Of a stretch of 64,000 nucleotides of DNA, positions 26,511 to 39,369 are shown one piece after another. Below the pieces are notes generated by a model, which worked only from the letters and a program-made list of their open reading frames with translations, made no database searches and had not been told where the DNA came from. The DNA is taken from the NCBI GenBank assembly GCA_038087875.1, contig JAXLNO010001840.1, positions 62,001 through 126,000 of the forward strand, in the 5' to 3' direction. The position numbers and the translations under genes are program-made. The stretch is from Malacoraja senta (taxonomy: Eukaryota). Position 1 is the first letter of the stretch; each line of letters begins with the position of its first letter.

Positions 26511-26610
26511 GCACAGAGAACACATTGCGGCTTGACCACGGATTTGGAACAATGCTTGTGAACCCGAACTTGAGAAATGTTTCACTATACGTGCGCGTCT
26601 TGGAAGACAT
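26511..26610 (-). mobile_element. 5' end of the same hAT transposase (start of the BED finger), displaced by the L1
   Basis: MSSKTRTYSETFLKFGFTS...PQCVLCAK continues into ...HESMKPSKL at 19864. Confidence 0.85.
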
Positions 26611-27659
26611 GGTTCACAACACACACTGTTTGTGCGTGTATACGCAGGGCCTCAGAGGAATTTTATCAGTGGATACAAAGTATCTTTTGGGCCCCCTTCC
26701 CTTCTCCATTAGTCATCCTGTTTTTATCCACTATGCTACAGTTTTATGCCATGAGCTGTAGCCTGCACGGCAAAAAGGGGTACGGAAGTTGAGAGAGGGG
26801 TGGAATGGGGCGCTCTGTTGATTTTCTGCATTTGAGGCCTTATGTCCCTATACACCCTCCATGATAAATATAAATAAATATAAATAACATAAAAGGATCA
26901 GCAAGCACATTTGTTTTCCTTCACTCTATAGATGCTGCCTCACCCATTGAGTTTCTCCAGCATTTTATCTACCTTTGTTTTGAACATCTTTGTTTATGCT
27001 ACAATACAGATAAGGAGAAAGAATTCACATTGAAACATCCTTTTATATTTAACCGCAAAACCGCTGGCCTGCGGCCTATAACATCCTGAAGCTGCGGTCT
27101 CCAGTAGGAAAGTGCCGAGTCAGGACCTCCAAGCCGCAGAGTGTGTTTGTCCGTCCCAACGTCGGAGTTTGGATCATCCCGACGAGAGGGCCTTGTACAT
27201 CGGGCCGTCCCTAGCGGCGACTACGGAGGGGTTATGGCCCCGAACACGGGTGAACAAAGGAGGAGGACTTGCTGAAACTTGTTGCCTTCCACCACAGTGA
27301 AGAATGCTGTAGTGGATGTTTGTGTTCAATTTTATTGTGTATTGTGTGTTCTTTTTACGTGTATCACTGCTGGCAAATTCACTTCACTGCACCTTCGGGT
27401 GTATGTGATGAATAAAACTGACTTTAACTTTGAATACTTAGCCTGGCCAAATCCACAAGACGTTCATGAGACATTGTCGACCTTAAATAATTCTTAATCA
27501 GCTTGAGTTTGCTAAATGACCTCTCTGCAGAAGCTACTGTTGCTGGAATTGTTAATAGTATTCTGAAGCTAACACAAACATTTGGAAACAGGTTACCAAG
27601 TCAATAGTCTGTTAACAAGTTCAACAGATCTAATGGTTTTAACTTCATTTATAAAATTC

Positions 27660-27890
27660 ACCCTCCCACTAACACATACATACACTCAGACACACACTCA
27701 CTCACCTACTCACATACACCCCCACACACACTCACCTACTCGCATACACCCAAACACATCCACACACACACACCTACTCACATACACCCCCCCCCCACAC
27801 ACACACACACACACACACCCACCCACACTGACCCACACCCCCACCCACACAAATCCACCCACTTACCCACGCCCACTCTCCCACCCAAAC
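27660..27890 (+). repeat. CA-rich low-complexity/microsatellite tract
   Basis: Direct inspection. Confidence 0.9.
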
Positions 27891-28219
27891 GCAGGCCCGG
27901 ACCACTGAAACAGCCGCGGCTGCCGACTCTCACCACCTCCCCGGGCGGGGCCACCGCAGCCACTGTCGCTGGAAAGCCCATATCTCTACTCCAGCTCCCC
28001 ACGGGCCTCCGCCAGCGACTCCGCCGACACTTGCCTCTCCACCGGCCACCAGCGGGCCAGAGCCGTCACCTTCCCGGTTCAGCACCAGGCCCACAACCTC
28101 CACCATGCAGGCAGCACGTGGTCTAATTCTGCTGGCTCCTAGTCCCCCTCCCCTTACAGGGAAGATCAATCAGTAGTGATGACTCTGCTGGGTCCTAGTT
28201 CCCCCCCCCTCCCCCCCCC

Positions 28220-28805
28220 CGTGGAAGCGCGGAGGGGTATGTAGTTGTGCGCGACATCGCGCGGGGCTCCGATAATTTTGCAGTGAACTAAATCTTCGCA
28301 CGCCAACGGCCTATCGCGTAACTGACGGCCAAAGTGGGACAGGCCCAAGACCCTGGCGCGACGCAAAGTTTCACCTCCAACAGCAGCAGAAGCAGGCAGA
28401 CGATCGCCGCACTCGGCCTGGGGCTCATGGCCGTTGTGGTATAGATCCGCCCCCACTTCTACTCCCAGAGCGGGGCCAAGAAAATTGAAGATAGACACGA
28501 AATGCAGGAGTAACTCAGCGGGACCGGCAGCAACTCTGGAGAGAAGCAATGGGTGACGTTTTGGGTCAAGACCCTTCTTTTCAGACTGAAGAAGAGTCTC
28601 GACACGAAACATCATCCATTCCTTCTCTCCAGAGATGCTGCCGGTCCCGCTGAGTTACTCCAGCTTCGTGTCCATCTTCAAATGACGTCACGCGCTCCAG
28701 ACGGCTGTGCGTACGCATGTAATCGCGCCTGACCTTCGCCGGACCATCGCTGGCTCAACGCGTAATTTGCATTCCAAGGACATGTAAGTGGGACAGGCCC
28801 CTTTA
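28220..28805. mobile_element. Fragments of the same Harbinger-type MITE family, interrupted by Penelope termini
   Basis: Two gtgggacaggccc TIR copies (about 28334 and 28788) and body similar to 6837-6940. Confidence 0.7.
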
Positions 28806-29284
28806 CTTAGATGATTCATTCCCTCTGGCATTGATTGATGAATCAAAGTGGGGGGGGTGATGGAATTTGTAAGGATTTGCTGAAGTCAGTTTGCTTAAAA
28901 CTGCTCACTCCTTGAAAAGGAGAGTCTGTGAACTTTAGCCCAGAGACAAAGAACAGTTTGTGAACTCAAGGTTGTAATTGATAAAGATCTAGGCACAACT
29001 GTGAACACCAACCCTTTATTAGGATGAAGGTAATGAGCTAATGCCAACCATTCCCCTGGGACCAGGAGTAACAAGGAAGGGTCAAAACTTGGATGATGTT
29101 TTCATACCAATAAGAAACTCTACAAACAATGATAGCTGAATAAAACATACTTATGTTGTATAGATGAAGAGCCTCCTTTTCAAGCTGCTTTCTGCAGTCT
29201 TTTAGTTGTTCTGCAGATCCTTTACATTCTCTCGTCTTCGTGTTTTCAAGAAACACCACCAATAGCCGAATGTATACTAATTAT

Positions 29285-31248
29285 AGAAACATAGAAAAAT
29301 AGGCACAGGAGCAGGCCATTCGGCCATTCGAGCCAGCACCGCCATTCAATATGATCATGCCTGCATCTAGAATCAGTACCCCATTCCTGCTTTTAGAAAC
29401 ATAGAAACACAGAAAATAGGTGCAGGAGCAAGCCATTCGGCCCTTCGAGCCTGCACCGCCATTCAATATGATCATGGCTGATCATCCAACTCAGTATCCT
29501 GTACCTGCCTTCTCTCCATACCCCCTGATCCCTTTAGCCACAAGGGCCACATCTAACTCCCTCTTAAATATAGCCAATGAACTGGCCTCAACTACATTCT
29601 GTGGCAGAGAATTCCAGAGATTCAGCACTCTCTGTGTAAAAAATGTTTTTCTCATCTCAGTCCTAAAAGATTTCCCCTTTATCCTTAAACTGTGACCCCT
29701 TGTTCTCGACTTCCCCAACATCGGGAACAATCTTCCTGCATCTAGCCTGTCCCTTTTGACCCTTAAGAATTTTGTAAGTTTCTATAAGATCCCCCCTCAA
29801 TCTTCTAAATTCTAGCGAATACAAGCAGAGTGTATCCAGTCTTTCTTCATATGAAAGTCCTGACATCCCAGGAATCAGTCTGGTGAACCTTCTCTGTACT
29901 CCCTCTATGGCAAGAATGTCCTTCCTCAGATTAGGAGACCAAAACTGTAGGCAATACTCCAGGTGTGGTCTCACCAAGACCCTGAACAACTGCAGTAGAA
30001 CCTCCCTGCTCCTATACTCAAATCCTTTTGCTATGAATGTTAACATACCATTCGCTTTCTTCACTGCCTGCTGCACCTGCATGCCTACTTTCAATGACTG
30101 GTGTACCATGACACCCAGGTCTCGTTGCATCTCCCCTTTTCCTAATCGGCCACCATTCAGGTAATAGTCTACTTTCCTGTTTTTGCCACCAAAGTGGATA
30201 ACCACACATTTATCCACATTATACTGCACCTGCCATGCATTTGCCCATTCACCTAGCCTATCCAAGTCACCTTGCAGCCTCCTAGCACCCTCCTCACAGC
30301 TAACACTGCCCCCCAGCTTCGTGTCATCCGCAAACTTGGAGATGTTGCATTCAATTCCCTCGTCCAAATCATTAATATATATTGTAAATAGCTGGGGTCC
30401 CAGCACTGAGCCTTGAGGTACCCCACTAGTCACTGCCTGCCATTCTAAAAAGGACCCGTTTACTCCTACTCTTTGCTTCCTGTCTGCCAGCAAGTTCTCT
30501 ATCCACATCAATACTGAACCCCCAATACCATGTGCTTTAAGTTTGTATACTAATCACTTATGTTGGATCTTGTCGAAAGCCTTCTGAAAGTCCAGATATA
30601 ACACATCCACTGGTTCTGCCTTATCCACTCTACTAGTTACATCCTCGAAAAATTCTATAAGATTCGTCAGACATGATTTACCTTTCATAAATCTATGCTG
30701 ACTTTGTCCAATGATTTCACCATTTTCCTAATGTGCTGCTATCCCATCTTTAATAACTGACTCTAGCAGGTTCCCCACTTCTCTCTCCCTCCCTTTTCAA
30801 AAAGTGTGGTTACATTAGCTACCCTCCAATCCTCAGGAACTACTCCAGAATCTAAAGAGTTTTGAAAAATTATCACTAATGCATCCACTATTTCTGGGGC
30901 TACTTCCTTAAGTACTCTGGGATGCACTCTATCTGGCCCTGGGGATTTATCGGCCTTTAATCCATTCAATTTACCTAACACCACTTCCCGGCTAACCTGG
31001 ATTTCACTCAATTCCTCCATCTCATTTGACCCCCGGTCCCCTGCTCTTTCCGGCAGTTAATTAAGTCTTCCTTAGTGAAGACAGAACCAATGTAGTTATT
31101 CAATTGGTCTGCCATGTCCTTGTTCCACATGATCAATTCACCTGTTTCTGACTGCAAGGGACCTACATTTGTTTTAACTAATCTTTTCCCCCATATCCCT
31201 TGATTCCTTTCGCCTTAAGAGCTAAATCTAACTCTCTCTTGAAAGTAC
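29285..31248 (-). mobile_element. CR1 LINE(s), about 1.9 kb, frameshifted RT
   Basis: ORFs 30763-31020, 29663-30511 and 29491-29730, with repeated CR1 tails at 29285-29480. Confidence 0.93.
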
Positions 31249-32059
31249 TTTGTTTAGATAAGAGCCTTCTTTTCAAGCTTCTTTCTGCGGTCTTTTAGTT
31301 GTGCTTTGCAGGTGCTTTAGTTTGCTCATCTTCTGTCTGCTGAATATGTAACAACTACAAGCTGTGAATAACAAAAAATCCTTGAAAACTAACACTGGAC
31401 TGCAAGTGTGAGTACAAAGCATGTTCTAACGTGTCCCAACTTCAGTCTGAAGTAGGATCCTCACCCGAAATATCTGCCTTCCCATGTTCTCCAAAGATGC
31501 CGCTTGACCCGTTGAGTTCCTTAGCACTTTGTGTGTGGAGGAAAGCAGCCTCTGCTCTTCCTTTCATCTACAATTGTTAAATAGTTCAATCCAGACAATT
31601 ACTTCAATTTTACATTGTTGACTAAATTGAGAAAGAAGGCAATTCAAGGATAAATAACGGCCCATAAATCCATGTGACAGAGAAAGAGGCCTTTCAGCCT
31701 CCTGAGCCCCCTCTAGCCCAGAGAACAAAATTATTCCAACACTAATTTTCCCCAAAACGGATCTTTCTCATTTCTATCAATGCCACAAATCCACCTATTT
31801 GCAGCGGTGGCTTAATCTACTAATTCAGCACATTTTGTTATGTGGGAGGAAACTGGAGAACAAACATTGTCACAGGGAGAATGCTTATACTCCACACAGA
31901 CTACACTGGAGATGATTGAACCCGATCACTGGAGCTGTGAGACTGCAGCGCTCTTTGCTATAAAGCAGTCATAGAGAGAGTTACACAGCAGGGAAACAAG
32001 CCCTTTGGCCCAACTTGTCCATGCTAATCAAGATACCCCATTTAAGCTAGTCCCATTTA

Positions 32060-32376
32060 CCCTGCAATGGGTAGACATCATTCAAAACGTTTCTCTCTAG
32101 ATGTCAGCTGCTCTACATCGGTGAGACCAAGTGCAGGCTTGGCGATCGCCTCGCCCAACACCTCCGCTCAGTTCGCAACAACCAACCTGATCTCCCGGTG
32201 GATCAGCACTTCAACTCCCGCCTCCCATTCCAAATCCGACCTTTCTGCCCTCGGCCTCCTCCATGGCCAGAGTGAGGACCACCGTAAATTGGAGGAGCAG
32301 CACCTCATATTTCGCTTGGGCAGTTTGCACCCCAACGGTATGAACATTGACTTCTTTAATTTCAGGTAGTCCTTAC
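32060..32376 (+). mobile_element. Penelope fragment (GIY-YIG end), continued at 36379-36590 after the Gypsy insertion
   Basis: RKLEEQHLIFRLGSLHPNGMNIDF. The sequence resumes after the CTTAC TSD. Confidence 0.85.
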
Positions 32377-35300
32377 TGTAGATGAGATATGCATGTGCCT
32401 TTAACATAGTGACCTCATACCTACTAACCACTCCCCATATCACAAGTATATCTACAACCTCCCCACCCACAGATCGCTCTCTAGTTCCTGTGACAGACCA
32501 CGTACAGCTAGTGCTATGTGTAATGCTCCAGTATGAATAAAGATAGTAAAGTAACGACGCCTCGTTATGAAGCCTTTACATGGTGTCACATAACTTACCT
32601 TGCGCCTCCTGTTTATCGGTTTATCATTTAATTTTGTCCCAGTTTTTTGTTTCCCCCGCCCTCCTGTTTCTTTGTCATGGCCTCTTCTGCCCGTAAGCCC
32701 GATGTGCTCGTTTTTGATTGAGACATCGCCCTTCGATGGGACATATTCAAACGTGACTTTGAACACTATTTCACGATCACTCATCCTGACGCCACCCCCG
32801 CTCTCAAAGCCTCCCTGCTTCTCAACTTGGCTGGTCCCGAGGCACTGACTCGCTCCGACTTCTTCGTCTACGCTGCGGGAGAATCAGCTCGGGACCCGGT
32901 ATGTCTGTTGGCTAAGTTTGACGCTATTTGTGACATTCCGACTAATTGCATCTTAGAACGTTTTAAACTGTTCGCTGGGGAGTCTGCTGAGAACTATGTC
33001 ATTGCGCTGCGGCACCTCGGTAGGCGCTGCCGCCTCCAAGCGTGGAACCCCGATGAGATTATCAGGGACCTACTGGTTTACGGTCTCCGTGATGAGAAGC
33101 TCAGGGCCGAACTTCTGCGCAAGCCGGATCTGACTTTGGCCGATGCTATGCACGCTACTCGCTTAGCTGACGCTGTTTCCTCGGCGGCGCCGCCGGCTGA
33201 GCAGGCGATCAACTTTGCCAGCACTCCCAGTCATCTCATGAACACACCCCAGTCGCGACCCCCAGGGTCGCTCGCTGCTCGAGGGGGACGCGCCCCGGGG
33301 TTCGGTGCTGCTACAAGGGGAGGTACCCAGCAAAGGTGCCCTAATTGCAACTTCACAACTCATCAATTCAATGTGTGCCCTGCTTTGGGAAAGACTTGCA
33401 ATGTCTGCAATAAATTGAACCATTTTGCTGCGGCTTGTCGTTCCCGTGGGAAGCCTGTCGCTGCTCGAAGGGGAAATTTAAACAACCTTCTACAAGCTGA
33501 CAACGAGCTCAGCTCCCAGTGCTATTCCGATGAACATTCTGTTTCTACATCTGACTCCTCTCAGGGGGAGACCAACTTGTTTACCGTGTTGGATGCACCT
33601 GCTATGATAACGGATCCTTCTGTGCAAGTCACTGTGAACAACTCGACCTTCACTGCTAAAATCGACACGGGGGCGGTGACCAACGTAATGTCAACATCCC
33701 TTTTCAACCAGATAAGAACTAATGAGCAGATATTTTCTCAGAGCTCAACCTTGCATGCCTACGGTGGGGAGATTCTTACTCCTGTGGGCAAGGCCACGCT
33801 ACACTGTAAGATACTAGAGACCACTCGGCCCCTCACCTTCTATCTCCTCAATCGAAAATGCATTCCCCTGCTGGGGATCCAGGCATGCCAGGAAATGGGA
33901 CTGGTGTACTTCCACCGGGACATCCACCAGGTGCAGACTCTTATGGACCCGCTGGCCGATTATCCCGACCGCTTTGATGATAAGCTAGGCAAACTACCCT
34001 GCAGCTACAAGATTGTAGTGGACCATAAGATCGTTCCTGTGGTCCATGCTCCTCACCGTGTCTCCTTCGCCATGAGGGACAGAGTGGAGGCGACCCTACA
34101 CAGTATGGTACAAATGGGCGTCCTAAAGGCGATCGTCGAGCCCACCAGCTGGGTCTCTTCCATGGTTGTTGCTGCTAAAAAGGACATGAGCGAGATACGC
34201 ATCTGCATCAACCCCAAAGACCTCAACCTGGCCATTCGACGCCCTCACTACCCTATGAGAACGGTGGAAGACGTCGCTGCACAGGTTGGTCCAGCAACGG
34301 TTTTTTCTGTCCTCGATGCCAAAAGCTCCTTCTGGCAGATACCACTGGACGAGCGGTCGTCCATTTTGACAACTTTCGCCACCCCCTACGGAAGGTTTCG
34401 GTTCCTCCGAATGCCATTCGGGATCAACTCTGCCAGCGAGGTATTTCAGCGGACCATGGAGCAGTTGTTTTTAGATCTGCCTTGCGCCATAATTGTTGAC
34501 GACATCCTCGTTTACGGTAAGGACGTTGCCGAACACGATGTCAACCTCCGCCTGGTCCTGGACCGGGCCCGGCAAATCAACTTGAAACTGAACCCCAAGA
34601 AGTGCCGATTCCGCGTCTCGGAGGTCACCTATGTTGGACATGTATTCACCGCTGAGGGGCTAAAGCCAGACCCGCAGAAAACGGCTGCCATCTCAGGGAT
34701 GCCCCCTCCTACCAATGTGGCAGGCCTGCAACGCTTCCTCGGCTTGGTAAACTACCTGGGGAAGTTCATCCCCGACCTCAGCGAGCTCAGCGCTCCCCTG
34801 AGGGACCTGATCAAAAAGGACACGTCCTGGCTTTGGTTACCCAACCATCAGAAGGCATTTGACATTCTTAAGTCTAAGCTGATCAGCACCCCCACGTTCA
34901 AGTTCTTTGACCTGCAGCGTCCCATTGTCCTCACCTGCGACGCCTCTCAGTTCGGACTCGGTGCCGCCTGCCTCCAGGTCCATGACGGCCTGCAGCTGCC
35001 TGTCTCCTTCGCGTCCCGCACCATGACCGCCACCGAACAGCACTACGCGCAGATTGAGAAGGAGCTACTGGCCGTGGTGTTTGCCTGCTCCAAATTCCGG
35101 GACTACATCGTGGGCAACACTTTCACCGTTGAAACTGACCATCAGCCACTTGTCACCATCCTCAACAAATCGATCCATGTGGCCTCATCACGCCTGCAGC
35201 GCATGATGCTGCAGCTCCAGCGCTTCACGTTCACGGTGGTTTATCGTACGGGCAAGGACATGTTCGTGGCCGACACGTTGTCTCGCGCCCCGCTGACGTC

Positions 35301-36378
35301 CACCGCTCGCCACCAATATGAAATGTCTGAGTTATTGGTGCTACGATTGAACATCGTCCCCTCGCAGCAGATGAAGTCCCTGGTTGAACACACTACCAAC
35401 GACCCTGCCCTGCAACAGCTGTCTGCCGTCATCCGGCAGGGCTGGCCTGACCGTCGTTCGGCACTGCCGGCTGGTGCCGTGCCCTACTTCCTGATTCGGG
35501 ACGAGCTCGTACTGCACGACGGCGTGGTGGTGAAGGGTCACAAAGTGGTCGTGCCCGCGGCGCTGCACGACCAATATTTTCAAGTCGCACACCGCGGTCA
35601 CCCTGGGGCCGAAGCCACCCTGTCTCTCGCCAGGAGCCAGTTCTATTGGCCGGATATGGCCAAATACATCCGGGAGAGGGTCTCCTCGTGTTCCATCTGC
35701 AACAGCCTCGCCCCCCATCAGCAGCGTCAGCCGCTTCTACAGCAGCCCGCGCCCGAACTGCCCTGGATGGCGCTTGCCACTGACATTTTCGAGTGGCGGG
35801 GCAAACATTTCCTGGTGCTCGTTGACTCCTACTCCAGCTGGTTTGTGGTCGACCGGCTGCATTCCATGACCTCTTCGGCCGTCATCGACAGGTTGTACCC
35901 TCATTTTGGCACTTTTGGCCCCCCGGCAAGCCTGCAGTCGGACAATGGCAGCCAGTTCACGAGCTCCGAGTTTAAAGCGTTCGCTTCCAGATGGAACTTC
36001 CGCCATTTCACCAGCAGCCCGGAGTACCCGCAAAGCAACGGTTTGGCCGAGCGTGCAGTCCGCAGTGCTAAGCACCTGTTGGAACAGTGAGCCGTGGTCG
36101 CCATGTCACCATTGGGCATGAGCCGTGGTCGCCATGTCACCATTGTATTTGCCTGTCGTTTCGAAGAGGAAAGATGTAGATGAGATATGCATGTGCCTTT
36201 AACATAGTGACCTCATACCTACTAACCACTCCCCATATCACAAGTATATCTACAACCTCCCCACCCACAGATCGCTCTCTAGTTCCTGTGACAGACCACG
36301 TACAGCTAGTGCTATGTGTAATGCTCCAGTATGAATAAAGATAGTAAAGTAACGACGCCTCGTTATGAAGCCTTTACA
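32377..36378 (+). mobile_element. Ty3/Gypsy LTR retrotransposon: 204-bp LTRs (32377-32580, 36175-36378), gag-pol with truncated integrase
   Basis: TG...CA LTRs identical by eye, CTTAC TSD, PBS TGGTGTCA, PPT GAAGAGGAAAGA. ORF 32827-36090 has a CCHC knuckle, DTGA protease, IVDD RT, RNase H, and HHCC plus D-D-E integrase. Confidence 0.97.
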
Positions 36379-36492
36379 CTTACTTTCTCCTCCCCTACTC
36401 AGCTCTCCCTCAGCCCACTGGCTCCACCTTTTCCTTTCTTCTTCCTGCGCCCACCCCCCCACTCCCCCCCTCCCACCCACCCTCACATCAGT

Positions 36493-36518
36493 CTGAAGAA
36501 GGGTTTTCGGCCCGAAAC
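36493..36518 (+). ncRNA. Minimal hammerhead ribozyme core in a Penelope terminus
   Basis: CTGAAGA-A-GGGTT-ttc-GGCCC-GAAAC. Confidence 0.65.
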
Positions 36519-36589
36519 GTTGCCTATTTCCTTCGCTCCATAGATGCTGCCTCAACCGCTGAGTTTCTCCAGCACTTTTATCTACCTAT

Positions 36590-36920
36590 GCATGTCCCTG
36601 TCCATGTGTCTTTTAAATATTGTTATTGTACCTGCCGCAACTCCATTCTCTGGCAGGTCATTCCATATGCTGACCACTCTCTGAGCACAAAGTTTGCCCC
36701 CAAGTTCCAATTAAATCTTCCCCCTCTCACATTCAACCCATGTCCTCTGGTTATTTGATTCCCCTTCTCTGGGTAAAAGGCTCTGGGCATACATCTATCA
36801 ATTCCCGTCATGATTTTAAGCACCACTATATGATCACCCTTTCAGCCTCCTGTGCTCCATGGAATAAAGCCCTGGCTTGCCCAATCTCTCCCTCTTGTTC
36901 CCACCCTTGAGCCCCGACAA
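36590..36920 (-). mobile_element. CR1 3' fragment
   Basis: GLYSMEHRRL and CR1 3'-region similarity. Confidence 0.75.
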
Positions 36921-37944
36921 TATGCTCATAAATCTCATAAACATAACAATGTTGCAGATAATATGTGCACCATAAATAATGCAAATTAAAAAAATATTTT
37001 TGAAGGCAATATGATTCAATAAACATGGTTCAATGAATCAGATGATAATGTAATAAACGTCATTCACATGTATTCACATATAATTTGAAAATAATAATAA
37101 ATATTGCAAGATGTGGAAAATTGATAGAAATTATGCCCAGTGCATAATATTTTGATGTATTGTTCCCTGTTTGTACCCTCACCCTGTTTCAGTCCAGTTA
37201 AAGATAAATAATATAATTTGTTTAATGTGTAACTGAAGAGGTAACAAAAAGCAATGTTTTCAGAAATAATTAATCATGAATGAATGATACTTTATAGTGA
37301 CATGTGACAAGTCACAGTGAAATTCTTTGTTTTGTAAACCCAACGTATTTCAAGATTCTTCACATAAAGGGCACCGACAAAGTTATAAAGTCTCCCACAC
37401 CAGGTCCTCCTTTGTCCCCCACCTCACGATGGTCCCCTCATGCCTAGTCCTGCTTTGTTCAATGGTACACTACGAATGTCATTGAATTTACACAGTAATG
37501 GTGATAGGACTTATTGATTTACAATATAAAACATGTCCAATTGCAACTTATATGGATATACAAGTGTGGTGCAGATGGATTTGAACAGCTTACTTTACAA
37601 TTGGTGCCCAAGATAATTTAGAGATATAGCACGAAAACAGCCCTTAGAGTCCACAGTGACCAGTGATCCCCTTTGGCATACAGGCTTGGAGTGTGGGAGG
37701 AAACCGGGGAACCCGGAGAAATCCCACGCAGGTCACGGGGAGTACGTACAAACTCTGTACAGACAGCACCTGAGGCCAGGATCAACCCTGGGTCAATAGC
37801 ACTACGGCACCATCACTACGGCTGAACCACAATGACATTTAGGTTATCCTTTAAATATTTCACACAACTTTTCATTCAAAATTTGTCAATAAAAGTAAAA
37901 ACAATTGGTGAGGTACGCAAGGGATTTTAACCATTCAAAAAGCC

Positions 37945-38010
37945 ACCAACATTTCAATGATTTGTAAAATGCTGGAAGCACAGCATTTTACAAATCATTG
38001 AAATATTGGT
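37945..38010. other. Near-perfect inverted repeat: 30-bp arms, 6-nt loop
   Basis: accaacatttcaatgatttgtaaaatgctg-gaagca-cagcattttacaaatcattgaaatattggt, one mismatch. Confidence 0.95.
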
Positions 38011-38736
38011 TACCTATGGAACCTATGGAAAGAGATACAAAATTAATGCTTCAGAATTGTGAGAATGTGTAAGTTACAGACAGGAGTGGGAGACATGGTT
38101 GGACATAGGGAGTATCACTGATAAGGTAATTACAGGTTCCATGGTGATAAACTGACAATGAAGCCATCAGACAATGGCATTTTTGGTTTTTATTTCACAT
38201 TTGCAGCATCTGCAGTTCTTAGGGTAGTGACTCAGCATGGAAACGGGCCATTCTGCCCACCAATTCCATGCCAACCATCAATCATCTTTCATACTAGTTC
38301 TATGTTATCCAAAATGGACACAAATGCTGGAGTAAGTCAGGGGAAACACTCTGTCTGAGGAAGGGTCTTGACCTGAAAAGTCATCCATTCCTTGTATCCA
38401 GAGATGCTGCCTGTCCCGCTGAGTTACTCCAGCACATTGTGCCTATCTTTGCTGTAAACCAGCATCTTCAGTTCCTTCCTACACATCTATGTAATCCCTC
38501 TTTCCTCACCCATTCTCAGCACACAAGAGTAATTTACAGAGCCCAATTAACCTACAAACTCTCACATTTTCAAGATATGGGACGGAACCGGAGAACCTGG
38601 AGGAAATATCTGTGTTCACAGGGAGAACGTGTAGTCAGGATCAAACCTGGGTCTCTGGCACAGCGAGAAATTTCTTTGAGATGTTTTTTTATGAACATTG
38701 ATCACACTCCAAATGTATTGAAATGAATGAACTAAC

Positions 38737-38996
38737 TTGCTGTTTCGTTCTGCCTCCGCATCCATTCATCGACTTGCCCTTTGATGATTCCATGGAAACC
38801 AGTTCAGAGACCGTATTTGTTACCCAGTAATTCCTGTCAAATGCAGCCGCCATCCATTTCTGTCTTGGAACTGTAATGACCATGTTTTTGTCATAATACT
38901 GTATCTCACAACCATCCAGTTCACCCACGACACTATATTCTGGTAGATGAGTACTCCTGTGGTTCAGGGTGTAGTAATAGATCAGTGTGTGAGGCC
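38737..38996 (-). CDS. MHC class I-like gene, alpha1 exon (260 nt, 1-nt frameshift as assembled)
   Basis: Acceptor tgtctag|GG, donor A|gttagt. Reads GPHTLIYYYTLNHRSTHLPEYSVVGELDGCEIQYYDKNMVITVPRQKWMAAAFDRNYWVTNTVSEL, then after a +1 shift GFHGIIKGQVDEWMRRQNETA, which restores R84 and the N86 glycosylation sequon typical of class I. Confidence 0.9.
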
Positions 38997-39369
38997 CTAG
39001 ACACAAATAAAATAATACAATTATTGTCAAGTAATAGAAATTTCTATGGATAGGAAAGGTTTGGAGGGAAATCGGCAAAACACCAATTGGATTTACATTG
39101 CACTAAACATGATATCATTTACCCTGTATCTATAGATTGTGAACGGCGTCATTGTAATGTAGTCTTTTCACTGACTGGATAGCACACAAGAAACATTTTC
39201 ACTGTAAAACAGTACACGTGACATTAATAATAAATTAAACTAAGCTAAAATATAGATAGGTGGGTCAAGGGTAGATGGGGCATCTTGGCTGGCATAGATA
39301 AGCTGGGCTGAAGGGCCTGTTACTATGCTGTACATGATTCTAAATGTCAAGCTTACTTAGATTATTTTA

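Noticed and set aside
27582-28002. His/Thr/Pro-rich and Val/Cys/Gly-rich ORFs
   Set aside because: Translation of the CA-rich microsatellite.
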